This document shows positions 41,830-52,632 of a DNA stretch of 64,000 bases, in pieces. Position numbers and translations under genes: made by a program. Under the pieces are notes generated by a model that saw only the letters and a program-made list of their open reading frames with translations, did no database searches and was not told the origin of the DNA. The stretch lies in NCBI GenBank assembly GCA_000004985.1, contig GG738880.1; one strand, written 5' to 3'. This DNA is from Naegleria gruberi. Its lineage: Eukaryota. Within the stretch, counting starts at the first letter, position 1. The number at the start of each line of letters is the position of its first letter.

Positions 41830-44800
41830 CTAAACAATATATGCATCATCTTGCCAGGCCATTATATTTGTTTGTTTGGCCATTGACGTGAACATTTCCT
41901 TATTTTTTCTATAATTCTTAAAAGAACTAGTGGAAATGAATCGATAGAAAGTATCATTCATGTTAATCATGATTTGTTGAGAGAGCGAATCAAAACAAGT
42001 GATGATTCTTGCTTTGAGGATTCGTTCTTCCTCTTCATTTAGACCATCCAATTGTTTGTGAAGCTCGTTTCCAAATAGAAGTGCATTGAATTGATTTTCT
42101 GGCGAGGTTGGCTCGTTGACTGGTGAAAATAATGCTTGATTACACGAAAGTAAGGCACTTCTTTTGGAGGATACATAAAAATGTAATTCTGTAAATAGAT
42201 TTTTGGTAAGGGATGGGACATTCACCTCATAGATCGATCCAGAGCATATAAAGTTCTCATTTATCCTGTCCATAAACATTGGAAGCAAAGATAAATTATC
42301 ACCCATGACAATTGACTTGTTTTGGATTAATTCCAAAAACAAGTAAAGATTTTCCAATGAAAATTCCTTCTTTGAATATTCTTCAAACAACTCAAATCCT
42401 GATTGATCTTGCAGAGTTTCAATTAATTCAGTTTGTTCAAATAATTCATCACTTGTTGCAATTGACCTCTTTTTGGTTTTAAATCTGAGCAATATTACCA
42501 AAGCAAATCCACCGAATATAAACACATAAATTGCAGAGTAGATAGTTTCGAAAATACACTGCAAAACTAGAAAATATTGAGCAGTGTCATCCTGTGAATC
42601 TTTGAATTCATGGCTCAGAATTCCACTCATCATTTGAATAAGGCAAGCTAAAAAGCAAACTAAAAAGAGAATCATTTCCATTCTGAAATATAGAGGATTA
42701 TCCAGTTGAAGTATTCTAAATAGAACATTCTTTCTTTCGAATGATAAAGATGGTCTATCAGTATTCATTTCGTCTTGTTTCCTTTCACTCAATTGAACTA
42801 CTCGAGAACTGTTTCTAATATTTGATTTTTCCTTCCTTCTTATAGAAGAAATAATATCAATCAAGATGGTGATGGAAATTGTGATAGAGCAGATGATTAT
42901 AATACCAGCATAGGTCATTGAAGTTATTCGAATGTAATCTTCAGGTAAAATCAAGTCTAATCGAACAAGTATTACCAATAACGACCAAATAATTACATTC
43001 ACCAACAGGCAAACTACAACTAGAAAGTTAAATAGAATTGGTGATGTAATTAATTTCAACATTCTAATGATATTTCTATTCGAATCATTCGTTTTTAGTT
43101 TCAATTCTTCATACAGAGCTTTCATAAATTGAAATCTAATAACCTGAATTAGATATGCAAATATTGCAGTGATATTCAAAGAATTCACAATAACCATGCA
43201 TACATTTCCAATAATATTCACACCCATCAAACTATTCGAAGGATCACTAATTTCATACACAAACAATCCCTCTTGTAAAATGGAAAGTACACTTTCGAAT
43301 AAAATAGCAATCATTCCCACAAATGGTGTAATCATTCTACTCTGCACTGGTTGCTGTTTTCTAAATATTCCTAGAAGAAACAACAATATAATTGAAACTA
43401 AACTGAAAATTACGTTAATTCCCATCTGAACATATTGAACTGACAAGACGAATGTTTGATCTATTGGAGCTTTAAACTTCATATTTGGTTTCGGTGGGTT
43501 TCCCTCGGAATATTCTGTAGAGGTCAAGTTTCTTCTTTCGTATTGGAGAAAAGTTGAGAATTTTGTTGTGTGTGAACATGAACATTGAGCTATTCCAGTA
43601 ATGTTATCGTAATAATCGAGGGAGCAGCCGTGTCCAGACCATTTCATTGAAATTTCGTCCCAGAATAGGCATGAGATGGCAAATTGTTCAACTATGGTCG
43701 TTGTCGTGTTAACAATAGTTTCGGTTTCATTATTGGAAACTGTTTCATTAATTTGAGATTCGGATAAAACTACTCGAGGATCTAATGTTAAATTTCCTCT
43801 GGAAACATCGTTAATAACAAACTGTAGAGTTATTGGATTCATTAAATCAACTTTACAACTTCAGCATTTTGAAAATATTTCAATTCTTGAATGAAAGATG
43901 ACATTTGATTTTGCATTGAAAAATTATCATTTCTGATGTTTCTTTCATATGTTATTAGTGATAGTCCAAGATTAGTTCCAAATCCACCATATTTTCCAGC
44001 AATTTCTCTCAAATCCAATTGAATGTTTCCTCCATTAGTTTCTAATAGAAATTTAGTAGAGTTTTGAGCTAAATTTTGCAAGCTTCTTGCGCCCCTAGTT
44101 AACACAAAGGAAGAAAAGGTAGTATTCAGTCCAGAGGTTGAAAATTTAGTATAGGGAAGATTAGTGACATCACTGTCAGTGCTCAAAACTTTAGGAATTT
44201 CTGATTTCAACATTAATTTCGTAAATGACAAGATTAAATTTTCAGTTTTCCGCATTTCATCATCAACTAACATCATTCCTTTTTGAGAAATAGTTATTGA
44301 GCTAGAAGATGAACCAAAAATATTTGCCAACAAACTACTTGCTGTCAATTTCGCATCTTGTGTCAAACTAGATTTCACATATCCGTACGAATCTATTTCT
44401 TTCTGATATAAATCCAAAGTATTATACAAAAAACTATTCACACTATTCGAAAGCTGATTCAAAACCTTCTTATCCTTCATTATTGAAGATTCGGATGAAA
44501 TTGAATTCAAAACTTTCAATGAAGAATCAGCATTTGTAATATCAATATTGAGATTATTAATTAAATTCAATATTAGATTGGTGTTATTCGTATTCGATAG
44601 AGCTGACTGATCAAAAAGAAGGACGTGTTTCGAATAATCGCTTAGGTATTCCAATTCTTTTGAAAGAGGATTGACCTGAGCTGTGGCCACTCTCAAGGAT
44701 TGTTCGAATCCTTCTGAATCTTTTACAAAGATTACAATATCAATGGGTGAGGTTGACCATGAATTTCTAGAAAGTGATTTGAATAGATAGGGAAGAGGAA

Positions 44801-47759
44801 GCTTTGAAACTGGTTCTGTTGAATATTCTGTTACTCTAATTAAGGAAGATGTTGATGGAATGCCATTGGTGGACTTGTCTTGATATTTGTTGTAAAATCC
44901 GAAAGCATACGAAAGTGGTCGAAGGTTTAAATTATTCACAATCCATTCAGGTGAAGAAACAAAGAATGAATCCACCACAGCCATTCCCTCTTTTGGACTC
45001 AATTCAATTCTATTAAAATAATCTTCTGGATAAATTGCAGGTTTTGTAATGATAATTGAAATTCTCGATTTTTCAAAGGATTGAAATGAATATCTTATTG
45101 AGAGAATTGTAACACTAATTTGAAATACAAACTCTGATCCGTCATCAAATGCATCCAAATTCATATTTGGGAATGGATTTGAAATATTCATTTGTAATAT
45201 TGGGTTGAGTTGAATAGTGGAATCGTCTCTATATCTCTGAGCTAGTATTGGTCCACTATTTTCAAGTATTCGAATTGGGGTTTTGAAATCTGATGAATTG
45301 AATACAGTTATAGTTGATTGGTAGTTCAATTGACAAGTAGTGTTATCTAATGAGAATCCAACACAATCGTTCAATAGAAAGTCAACTCCTTCAGGATAAT
45401 TAAACGAAACTCTGTTAATTAGAATGGAAATATCTAAATTCTTGGTAAATGCCATAGTGGAAGACAACTTGTAAGTTTGCACATTTGTAATTAGCACATC
45501 TTGAGGCTGAATTAGTTTCTTTGGTATGAACAATACAGTAGAAAGAGTATTCAAAAGAATATCTTGTGAATATCTCTCACTAAGCACTCCCCGAATCAAA
45601 AATTCATAATAATATTCTCTTTTTAGAGAAGAAACATCCAAACTAAACTCTTGACTCTCCACAATCCATGCATTTTCATAAGAATTGTACATGTAATCGG
45701 TACAATTAGAACACCAAACTCTATACGAAACTAAACCTGATTGAATACTGCTCCCAATCTTGAATGAAATCAACCCTTCACTCCCATTGACATTCGATCC
45801 ATTCAATGCTATTTCTAAATTAGCTGCAACTCTTGAACTATCAACATATGAATCACATAAACTTCCATAAAAGGTTCCATTCTCAGTCTTTTTACATTCA
45901 CAAGTATCGATATTGGAACAAACTCCATTTCCTGAACAAGCATTCGAATCTGTATTTGCAATTCCCCAACAAGAATATAATTCACAACTGTCTCCGTAAT
46001 ATCCATCCTGACAGGAACATTTCAATTCTTTGGTGCAGGTTCCTCTCTTCATACATTGAGGAATGATAGAGTTGGGTTGGCATTTGTAAGAGTTACACTG
46101 CTCTCCTGAATATCCAGTGAGGCATTCACAATGATCTGGACCTGTGCATTGTCCGAAACCAGAACAAACTAAACTATCGTTTGAGAATTTTCCATAACAT
46201 TGAAAGAGATCACATTGAGTCCCAACTCTTCCACTCTCTTCAGCACATAGACAATTGTTAGGCGCTACACAAGATCCAAATCCTGAACAAACTTTTTCAT
46301 TATTGTAAGGAATTTCATAACAATCAAAATTTTCACAAGTCGTTCCATAATAGCCCAATTGACAAGAACAATTTCCAGGTGAAATGCAACTTCCCCTTCC
46401 TGAGCATATGAGAGATTTACCTGTATCCAACAACAATACAGAAACTCCTCCACATTCATAATCATTACAAGTCACTCCAGAGAAACCCTCAAAACAAGAG
46501 CAGTTTCCTCCAACTTGACAATCTCCATTTCCAGAGCAAACTATTAGTGAGCTTGCCTTAATTCCATAACATTGACTTTCGTATTGACAGGCATCTCCAT
46601 AGAAACCATTTTTACATGAGCATTGATTCAGTCCAGTACATTTTCCATTCCCATAACAAACATTTGAATCATTACTCGGCACCCCATAACAATTCATAAA
46701 ACCACTGATGGTCATTAGATAACCATATGGTATGGTGGAACTGAGTGTTGGTCCACCACCAGCAAACAATAAGGAATTTCCCATATTAAGCACTGATATT
46801 CCATACGCAGAGTAAGGTGAGTTGAATGAAGTAACATTCTCCCAAATTGACATGTTATTAAGGTTAGCTCTAAGCATACTCCTTCCTAAAGATCCAGAAA
46901 AGATGTAGGCATAATTCGCAGAAATGAAAGAAGCACTTCCAAAAACTGAATTGGGTAGTGAAATGGGTGAAAGTTTCCAAACAGAATTTGATGATGCATT
47001 ACTTGTCGTGAGAGAATCCAATTGATCAAATGAAGTGTAATAGATTGTCTTGTAATAGTTTAGTAAATCACTTCCTCCTCCAACAATGTAAATCATTCTT
47101 CCTACGCTAAAGACACTAGCTGCAAATATGGCATTTGGAAATGTCCCAACTCTTTGCCAAATTGTTGGGGAGCTCAAGTTGGCCATATACACAGCTTTAG
47201 AATATTCTGAATTGAATGAACCTCCTATTAGAAAGAGGTTCTTCTCTGTTCTAAAGAAAACTGGCATTGTGCAAGAATAGGGAAGCTCCTCATCCAATAC
47301 TGAAAACGACTGCAAATCAGACAGTTTTGCTCGCATTATCTTTGATGTTCCACCTCCAAATATATAAGCATAATCAATTCCATTCAAGTTCAAAACTTGA
47401 AATGCATAGCCATAGGCCTTTTGAGGTAACTTTCCAATCACTGAGAATGGCCCCACAGTGTCAAGCGTAATTTGGGAGTAATTTGAATAACCTCCATTGA
47501 TCAGCTGGCTTGTAATTTTGCTCGAAATTGAAACGTTTGATGATTGAATATTGTCAAGAGGATTGTTTCCATCAAAACCTCCGAATGAATAAAGTTTCAT
47601 TGAGGATGAATCGAAGAAGAGAGTCGAATAGGAACCAGAAGCTTGGGGAAATACATTGAGTTGTGGGGAGAGGGTGAAGGGTTCTTCCTCGATTCCCATT
47701 AAAAAATTGTTGGATAGCTGAATGAGAGTTATAAAGATGAAGAGAAATAATCGAAGCAT
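41830..47759 (-). CDS. adhesion-GPCR-like receptor with C-terminal RGS domain: signal peptide, Kelch-type beta-propeller, ~10 tenascin-type EGF repeats, long extracellular stalk, GPS motif, 7TM, RGS. Proposed join(43857..47759, 41830..43821) with a 35-nt intron 43822..43856.
   Basis: Upstream ORF: hydrophobic MLRLFLFIFITLIQL; Kelch-like blades (LYSFGGFDGNNPL, YAYIFGGG, LFLIGGSFN, MIYIVGGGSD, SLLFAGGGP); repeats of CxGxGxCxxxxxCxCxxGFxGxxC. Downstream ORF: GPS motif CLFWDEISMKWSGHGCSLDYYDNITGIAQCSCSHTTKFSTF, 7 predicted TM helices, and the RGS box SGFELFEEYSKKEFSLENLYLFLEL...DTFYRFISTSSFKNY. The ORFs are in different frames and overlap as TAATG. A GTAAAG...TACAG intron removes the stop and joins ...NAEV|FVIND in phase. 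Confidence 0.65.
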
Positions 47760-47929
47760 TTTAAATTGATGAAGATGTCTGTTGAAAGTCCAGTAAACTA
47801 GTATTTGTGAAGTGTACCACTATGTGGAGATAGACTTGTCAACGGAGGTCAGAAAACTAAAAAGGAGGTGGACCAAGAAGAGTCGGCAGTAGAAAACCCA
47901 CCTCAGCATAATTTTCTGTAGCAAAAAGT

Positions 47930-48002
47930 TATACCCTGTGGGACTCGAACCCACAACCCCCGGCTCCGTAGGCCGATGCTCTTCCAATTGAGCCAAGGGT
48001 AC
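47930..48002 (-). tRNA. tRNA-Arg (anticodon ACG)
   Basis: Reverse complement: GTACCCT TG GCTC AATTGGAA GAGC A TCGGC CTACGGA GCCGG GGGTT GTGGG TTCGAGT CCCAC AGGGTAT A. All four stems pair, and the D-loop, T-loop (TTCGAGT) and anticodon loop are canonical. Confidence 0.85.
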
Positions 48003-48118
48003 TTACATTAATATAAAGCAAAATCCCATTATACACATTCAGCCTTAATGGGTTTTGTAAGGAGATTATTTTCTTAATGCAATCTAATTGGTTTTTAATT
48101 GATAAACGAAAGATGCGT

Positions 48119-49246
48119 TTATTCTTCTGTTTTGTGAACTTTACAAGAATGTAAGTGAACAACCAATCTGTCAGGTTCGAATTTTCTATTGCAATTTGGG
48201 CATTGAGCCATCGAAGCAATATAGATGGTTCTTGCTTCTGTGTTGTAACTCTTGTAAGATTCTGCTGTATCGTCGGAACCAGGAATTGGTAACACTGGTG
48301 GTTCGGGAACATCCTTCAGTAAATCTTCAGGAAGACCAGAGTGAGCCCAATATGACTTTCTCTTCTCTATACATTCTGGAATGTGGATTGGGAGTGATCT
48401 TGTTCCATATTCTTGACCACAACAGTAACAGAAGAGCATCTTCTTTGTCAAGTGTTTGTTCCAATTCTTTTGAATTGTTTTAGCTGCTTGTTGTTCCTCC
48501 CAAGTGTGCCCATCTTTATCCTTGCATGTGGTTAAATGCTTCGTTAGGCGATCACATTCAAAACCTCTGTCACAAATTGGACAATGGACCAAACTGTATT
48601 TAGAGAATAATTCTTGAGCTTCTTCATTATATGTGTCAACTTCTTGTTGAGTGCCATTTTCAGAATCAGGTATTGGAGCTGATGGAGGGCTTGGAAGAGA
48701 TTTTGGAACCAATCCTTTTGGCAAGTTGGCCTTGTAATCGTTCAGTCTTTGTTCTGGACAATCGTTCAAGTGAATTGGTAGAGAGGTTGGTCCAAACTTT
48801 TGTCCACAAGTGTAACAAATTAACATTCTTGAAACTGTCTTCTTCTTGGCCGCATGTTCCTTATACTTCTTTTGAATGACAGAAGCAGCCTTATGTTCAT
48901 CATCACCATATTCTACATTTTCAAAGTTTTCCTCCTCTTCTGGGTCCTTCAATTTAGGTGGTTCTGGGCTTTCATTTGGTATTACTGGTTTGTGTTCCTC
49001 TTCCTTTTGTTTGACTTTCTTCGGAGGAATGGCATGTTCCTTCTCCTCATGACCACCTTCCTGTCTCTCCTCCTTAGGATGTGGTTTTTCAACTTTGTGA
49101 GACCCAGTTGATTCATTATGTGTTGGTGGAGGAGGAGCATGGTCTTCTTCCTTTTGTTTCTTTGCTACTTGAATGCTTTTTTCAGTAGACTCCACTGGCT
49201 TTTGTTGTTCTTCAACGTTTTTGGCACTAGAAGCTCCACAACCCAT
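48119..49246 (-). CDS. zinc-finger C2HC-type (ZC2HC1/FAM164-like) protein with three C2HC fingers and an N-terminal myristoylation-type MGCGAS start (ORF extends to 49342)
   Basis: Three repeats of L.C..CG..FG..SLPIH...C and a matching CP.C.R.F...RL..HL..C pattern: CYTCGQKFGPTSLPIHLNDCPEQ, CPICDRGFECDRLTKHLTTCK, CYCCGQEYGTRSLPIHIPECIEK, CPNCNRKFEPDRLVVHLHSCK. The probable start MGCGASSAKN follows a Lys/Glu-rich region. Confidence 0.7.
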   Translation of the reverse strand: MGCGASSAKNVEEQQKPVESTEKSIQVAKKQKEEDHAPPPPTHNESTGSHKVEKPHPKEERQEGGHEEKEHAIPPKKVKQKEEEHKPVIPNESPEPPKLKDPEEEENFENVEYGDDEHKAASVIQKKYKEHAAKKKTVSRMLICYTCGQKFGPTSLPIHLNDCPEQRLNDYKANLPKGLVPKSLPSPPSAPIPDSENGTQQEVDTYNEEAQELFSKYSLVHCPICDRGFECDRLTKHLTTCKDKDGHTWEEQQAAKTIQKNWNKHLTKKMLFCYCCGQEYGTRSLPIHIPECIEKRKSYWAHSGLPEDLLKDVPEPPVLPIPGSDDTAESYKSYNTEARTIYIASMAQCPNCNRKFEPDRLVVHLHSCKVHKTEE

Positions 49247-49566
49247 CTTTTCCGATTTTTTTCTGCTAATGGTTTTGTGGCAGTGTTTGTTGTAGTTGTT
49301 TGGTATAACAGCTGTTTTTTTTAAACTTTTATAAAACATCAAAACGATTTTTCTTAAACCGTCGAATTGTAGTTAGTTTGGGAGGGAAAAAAAGTTCCTT
49401 AGTAAATTCAAAGGAGCATTGATAAACTTTGTTACAAAAAGTATTCTTTGAAAATTTACGAACATTAAATTAACCCACAGCTTTAATATTAATTTTAAAT
49501 TGTTATAGACCAGAAGAATGTGTCATCAACACGCAATCAAACTGTAATCAAAATCAACATAAAAAA

Positions 49567-50049
49567 ATGATGAAACAACAACTCGGAATATTTTTACTGG
49601 CCACTTGCCTGATGATCTTGTTATTATCCAGCCAAGTATTTTCATTATCGGAAAAAGTAAATAGACAACAATTAGAGAAGGAATTTGCAGCAGCATTTGA
49701 AAAGAATGAACGTCATATGAGAGAGAACAAAATTCACAAAATGGAAAAATCGGAAAGATTCATCTCAACTCCTACAAATCATTTTGTTATAAAAACAAAA
49801 ACAGATTCAACAGAAGCCGATGATTTGATTAAGAGAATTGCTGAAGAATTTTCTCTTGTTCAAGTTCGTAAAATTCCAGGACCTAATTTCACAGCTCACA
49901 TTTTAAGAAAGACTCTCCAATCATCAGATAACGAACGATCTGTCAGAGCTGCTCTTGACACCCAAGCTATGAGTAACATTGTAAAGAAATATTCAACACA
50001 AATTTTGGATTTCTACAATGAAAAGAAGAATAACTATTCTAAACGTTAA
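49567..50049 (+). CDS. small secreted protein with possible peptidase-inhibitor-I9 (subtilisin-propeptide)-like fold (160 aa)
   Basis: N-terminal signal peptide MMKQQLGIFLLATCLMILLLSSQVFS. NHFVIKTKTDSTEADDLIKRIAEEFSLVQVRKIPGPNFTAHILRK has the spacing (YIV.k....a........v.......gF.a.l) of I9 domains. Weak. Confidence 0.35.
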   Translation: MMKQQLGIFLLATCLMILLLSSQVFSLSEKVNRQQLEKEFAAAFEKNERHMRENKIHKMEKSERFISTPTNHFVIKTKTDSTEADDLIKRIAEEFSLVQVRKIPGPNFTAHILRKTLQSSDNERSVRAALDTQAMSNIVKKYSTQILDFYNEKKNNYSKR

Positions 50050-50196
50050 TTTATATGTCACCTCCCAATATTCAATACTCGGTAATGTGAGCACCACTAT
50101 TAAGGATGATTAACCTTGTTGAAATTGTATTCTATTTCAGATAATGCTGAGATAATGATCTGTATATACTCTCCAAATAAACCATAAATTATCAAT

Positions 50197-51378
50197 TTAG
50201 AAATTTGAAATTCTCTTCTTTCTCTTGAAATAGACAAATGTACCAATAATCCACAAACATAAACTGTACCAAGTGGCCATATAAGCAACGTGAGTAGCAG
50301 GTGTAATGTAGAATTTCATGTAATCATCAGGAATTGCGAGCATTGGATACTTGGTTGGTTGAGCCTCTGAAGCTTTGAGAGAGTGTTCACTTGTTTCCTT
50401 TTCATCATAGACAAAGTTTGGAATGTGATGGAATTGATCCAAGAGAAGTGGAATATATGACATTTCATAATATTTGGCAATTGAGAATAGATCCATGGCA
50501 ATGAATTTGTTTGTTTTTCCATCATAGCTCTCAGAGATACCAGCTCCAAGATATTCTCCAGGTCTGATAATTGCTGTGATTTTCTCAGTATTAGTTGGAT
50601 CAGTCATCTTCTTTTCAAAGTCTTGCGGTTCCGGATTTCCATGATGGTAGACAGTCTTTGGAACCCAACCTCTATTCACCATTACAACTTCACTGTTAAA
50701 TTATTAGCTCAATTATTCCTTAATTAAAACCTACCCATCCTTCAAAACAAATGGTGTCAAAATAAAGTATCCCATCTCTCCCATTGTAGTTGGAAGATCC
50801 AATCTCTTGGTGAGAGGACTCTTTCTCAAACCCACCACAATTTCCTTACTATAATCAAAATAACCTTCCAATGTTACAATTCTATGTACATATTCATCCT
50901 TTGCAGGATTAATTGGATCATAATTTTCCTCTGTTTTTTCATGCAATGATGGTGAAGATTCTGGTTCCTCCACAGGAGATGTCTTTAACATTTCAGAGCC
51001 ATTGTATGGAATTGGGTCTTGAGCAAGAGTGACTTCTCTCAATATAATTTGATCCTTCTTCCACAAGTATCTTCTTGTTTGCCAAATTCCCAAACAAAAT
51101 GTAGTAATTGCAGGAATGCCAAAGAAGAGGAATTGAGTAAAACTGATGAATGGTTCCTTCTTTTCACCTCCATTATTATTAGAGTATTCATCCTTGTTTG
51201 ATTCCCTTCTCTTGTCCTCTTCTTCTTTTCTTTCCTTTCTTCTCTCCTCTGCTCTGTCCACTAATCTAATGGTAGCATAGTCAGCTGATTTGAATCCAAT
51301 ATTGAAAAGTCCGATATTGTTTGTCCTCTTATTGTTCAGAAGTACGGATGGTACTCTAGTGAGGCTCCTTCTCATCAT
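50197..51378 (-). CDS. SURF1: SURF1 (cytochrome c oxidase assembly factor), 2 exons: 50735..51378 and 50197..50692, 42-nt intron
   Basis: Exon 1 has TM1 FLFFGIPAITTFCLGIWQTRRYLWKK and ...GYFILTPFVLKDG|GTAGGT. The intron ends ..ttaaCAG. Exon 2 begins (G)EVVMVNRGWVPK and ends ...YITPATHVAYMATWYSLCLWIIGTFVYFKRK (TM2). These match the conserved SURF1 blocks (TPF...ILVNRGFVPRK...TWY), recalled from memory. Confidence 0.8.
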
Positions 51379-51451
51379 TGTTTTGAATTTTTTGATGATT
51401 TAATAATTATTTAAAATTCAATTATTTTCTACTTTTAGACCTAAAAATTGA

Positions 51452-52516
51452 TTGCACTTGCACAATAACAACATGTTGCGTAATATTCTTCAATCTACTT
51501 CTTCTGCTTGTTTAAAGAAGAGCAAATTTATTTCCTCATCATCTTCATTGATTTTTACTCACAACAACAATAATAGACAATTCCACAGCAATCACACCAG
51601 TAGAGTTGAACATCCAAAAATCAAGCCAATCGATTCAGTGGGTTTTTACAACTTTTCCAGAGATTTTGCAATTGCTAGTGCCAAGGCTTCCCGATTAATT
51701 GATTTAATCTTTGCTGTTAGGAATGAAAAGAATGATATCAAGAAGGAAGAAGGTTTGAAAGCCTACTCACAAATGATGCTCGGCCTCTACATGTTCAATA
51801 TGCTCACCATGAAGGAGGAGAACATTCCAGCATTGAGTAAAGCCATCTCCCTCTTTGAACAACTTCAAACCATACCAAGTGGCTCTGAGGAAAACTTTAA
51901 ATTGAGAGAAGAGATGGGCATTGAATTTGCCAAATCCTTCTCCTCCAATGATCCAACACTCGAGAGTTTAAAGAAGGTTTCTGTGGATGAACGTGGTAAT
52001 ATCGTGAGACAGGGTTCCTTCTTGATTGCCTATCCATTCCTGAGGAGTTTATTACTCGAGAGGGATTTCATTGGTGAGGCAGAGAAGAGTGAAGGTAGAG
52101 TGAGTTTGGAAGATTTTGTTATTAATTTGCCATCTGCTGGAGCTGGAGAGAATACTTTGAATGAAGCAATTAGTCAATCGGCAAAGAAGATTGAAAGAAT
52201 TTCACAATACTTTGTACCAGAATTATTCGAAAAGGCAAAGGTTGCCAGTTCTTCACACAATCACTTGTTGGATCCATCGATGAGAGATGCCATCTATCAT
52301 TACAATTATTCACTTCTTACTGTATTATATCAGAGACAAATTCTCTATCAAATGGCAAGATTGAAGAAGAAGGATTTGGCATCAATGAGCAAGGAAGATA
52401 TTCAACAATTAGTTGAGAAGGCTTCTTCAGCAGAATTTGCCATGTCCATTGCTGGAAATCCTAACGATAAGCTTGTTATGGCTGCTATTACAGATTTGCA
52501 TATTCACGCTGTATAA
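51452..52516 (+). CDS. hypothetical protein (354 aa), head-to-head with SURF1 (74 bp between start codons)
   Basis: Uninterrupted ORF with typical codon usage. The N-terminus is Ser/Asn-rich and basic (possible organellar presequence). No recognised domain. Confidence 0.5.
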   Translation: MHLHNNNMLRNILQSTSSACLKKSKFISSSSSLIFTHNNNNRQFHSNHTSRVEHPKIKPIDSVGFYNFSRDFAIASAKASRLIDLIFAVRNEKNDIKKEEGLKAYSQMMLGLYMFNMLTMKEENIPALSKAISLFEQLQTIPSGSEENFKLREEMGIEFAKSFSSNDPTLESLKKVSVDERGNIVRQGSFLIAYPFLRSLLLERDFIGEAEKSEGRVSLEDFVINLPSAGAGENTLNEAISQSAKKIERISQYFVPELFEKAKVASSSHNHLLDPSMRDAIYHYNYSLLTVLYQRQILYQMARLKKKDLASMSKEDIQQLVEKASSAEFAMSIAGNPNDKLVMAAITDLHIHAV

Positions 52517-52632
52517 AGTTTGTTTGTTCAAGGATATTGTGATGAAGAAGATTGATGTTGCATGGTATTATCCAAGTTTTGAATTTTTATTTAGGATGTC
52601 AATAATCAATAATATTTCATCACAACAATAAA

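Noticed and set aside
47929-48312. 127-aa minus-strand ORF overlapping the tRNA-Arg gene
   Set aside because: Its C-terminal part is simply the translation of the tRNA sequence (..GSIGRASAYGAGGCGFESHRV). The C2HC zinc-finger gene accounts for the region upstream of 48119.
51379-51451. The SURF1 neighbour (51452..52516) as a SURF2 ortholog
   Set aside because: The head-to-head arrangement mirrors the surfeit locus, but the protein shows no resemblance to SURF2 as I recall it. Only the bidirectional arrangement is noted.
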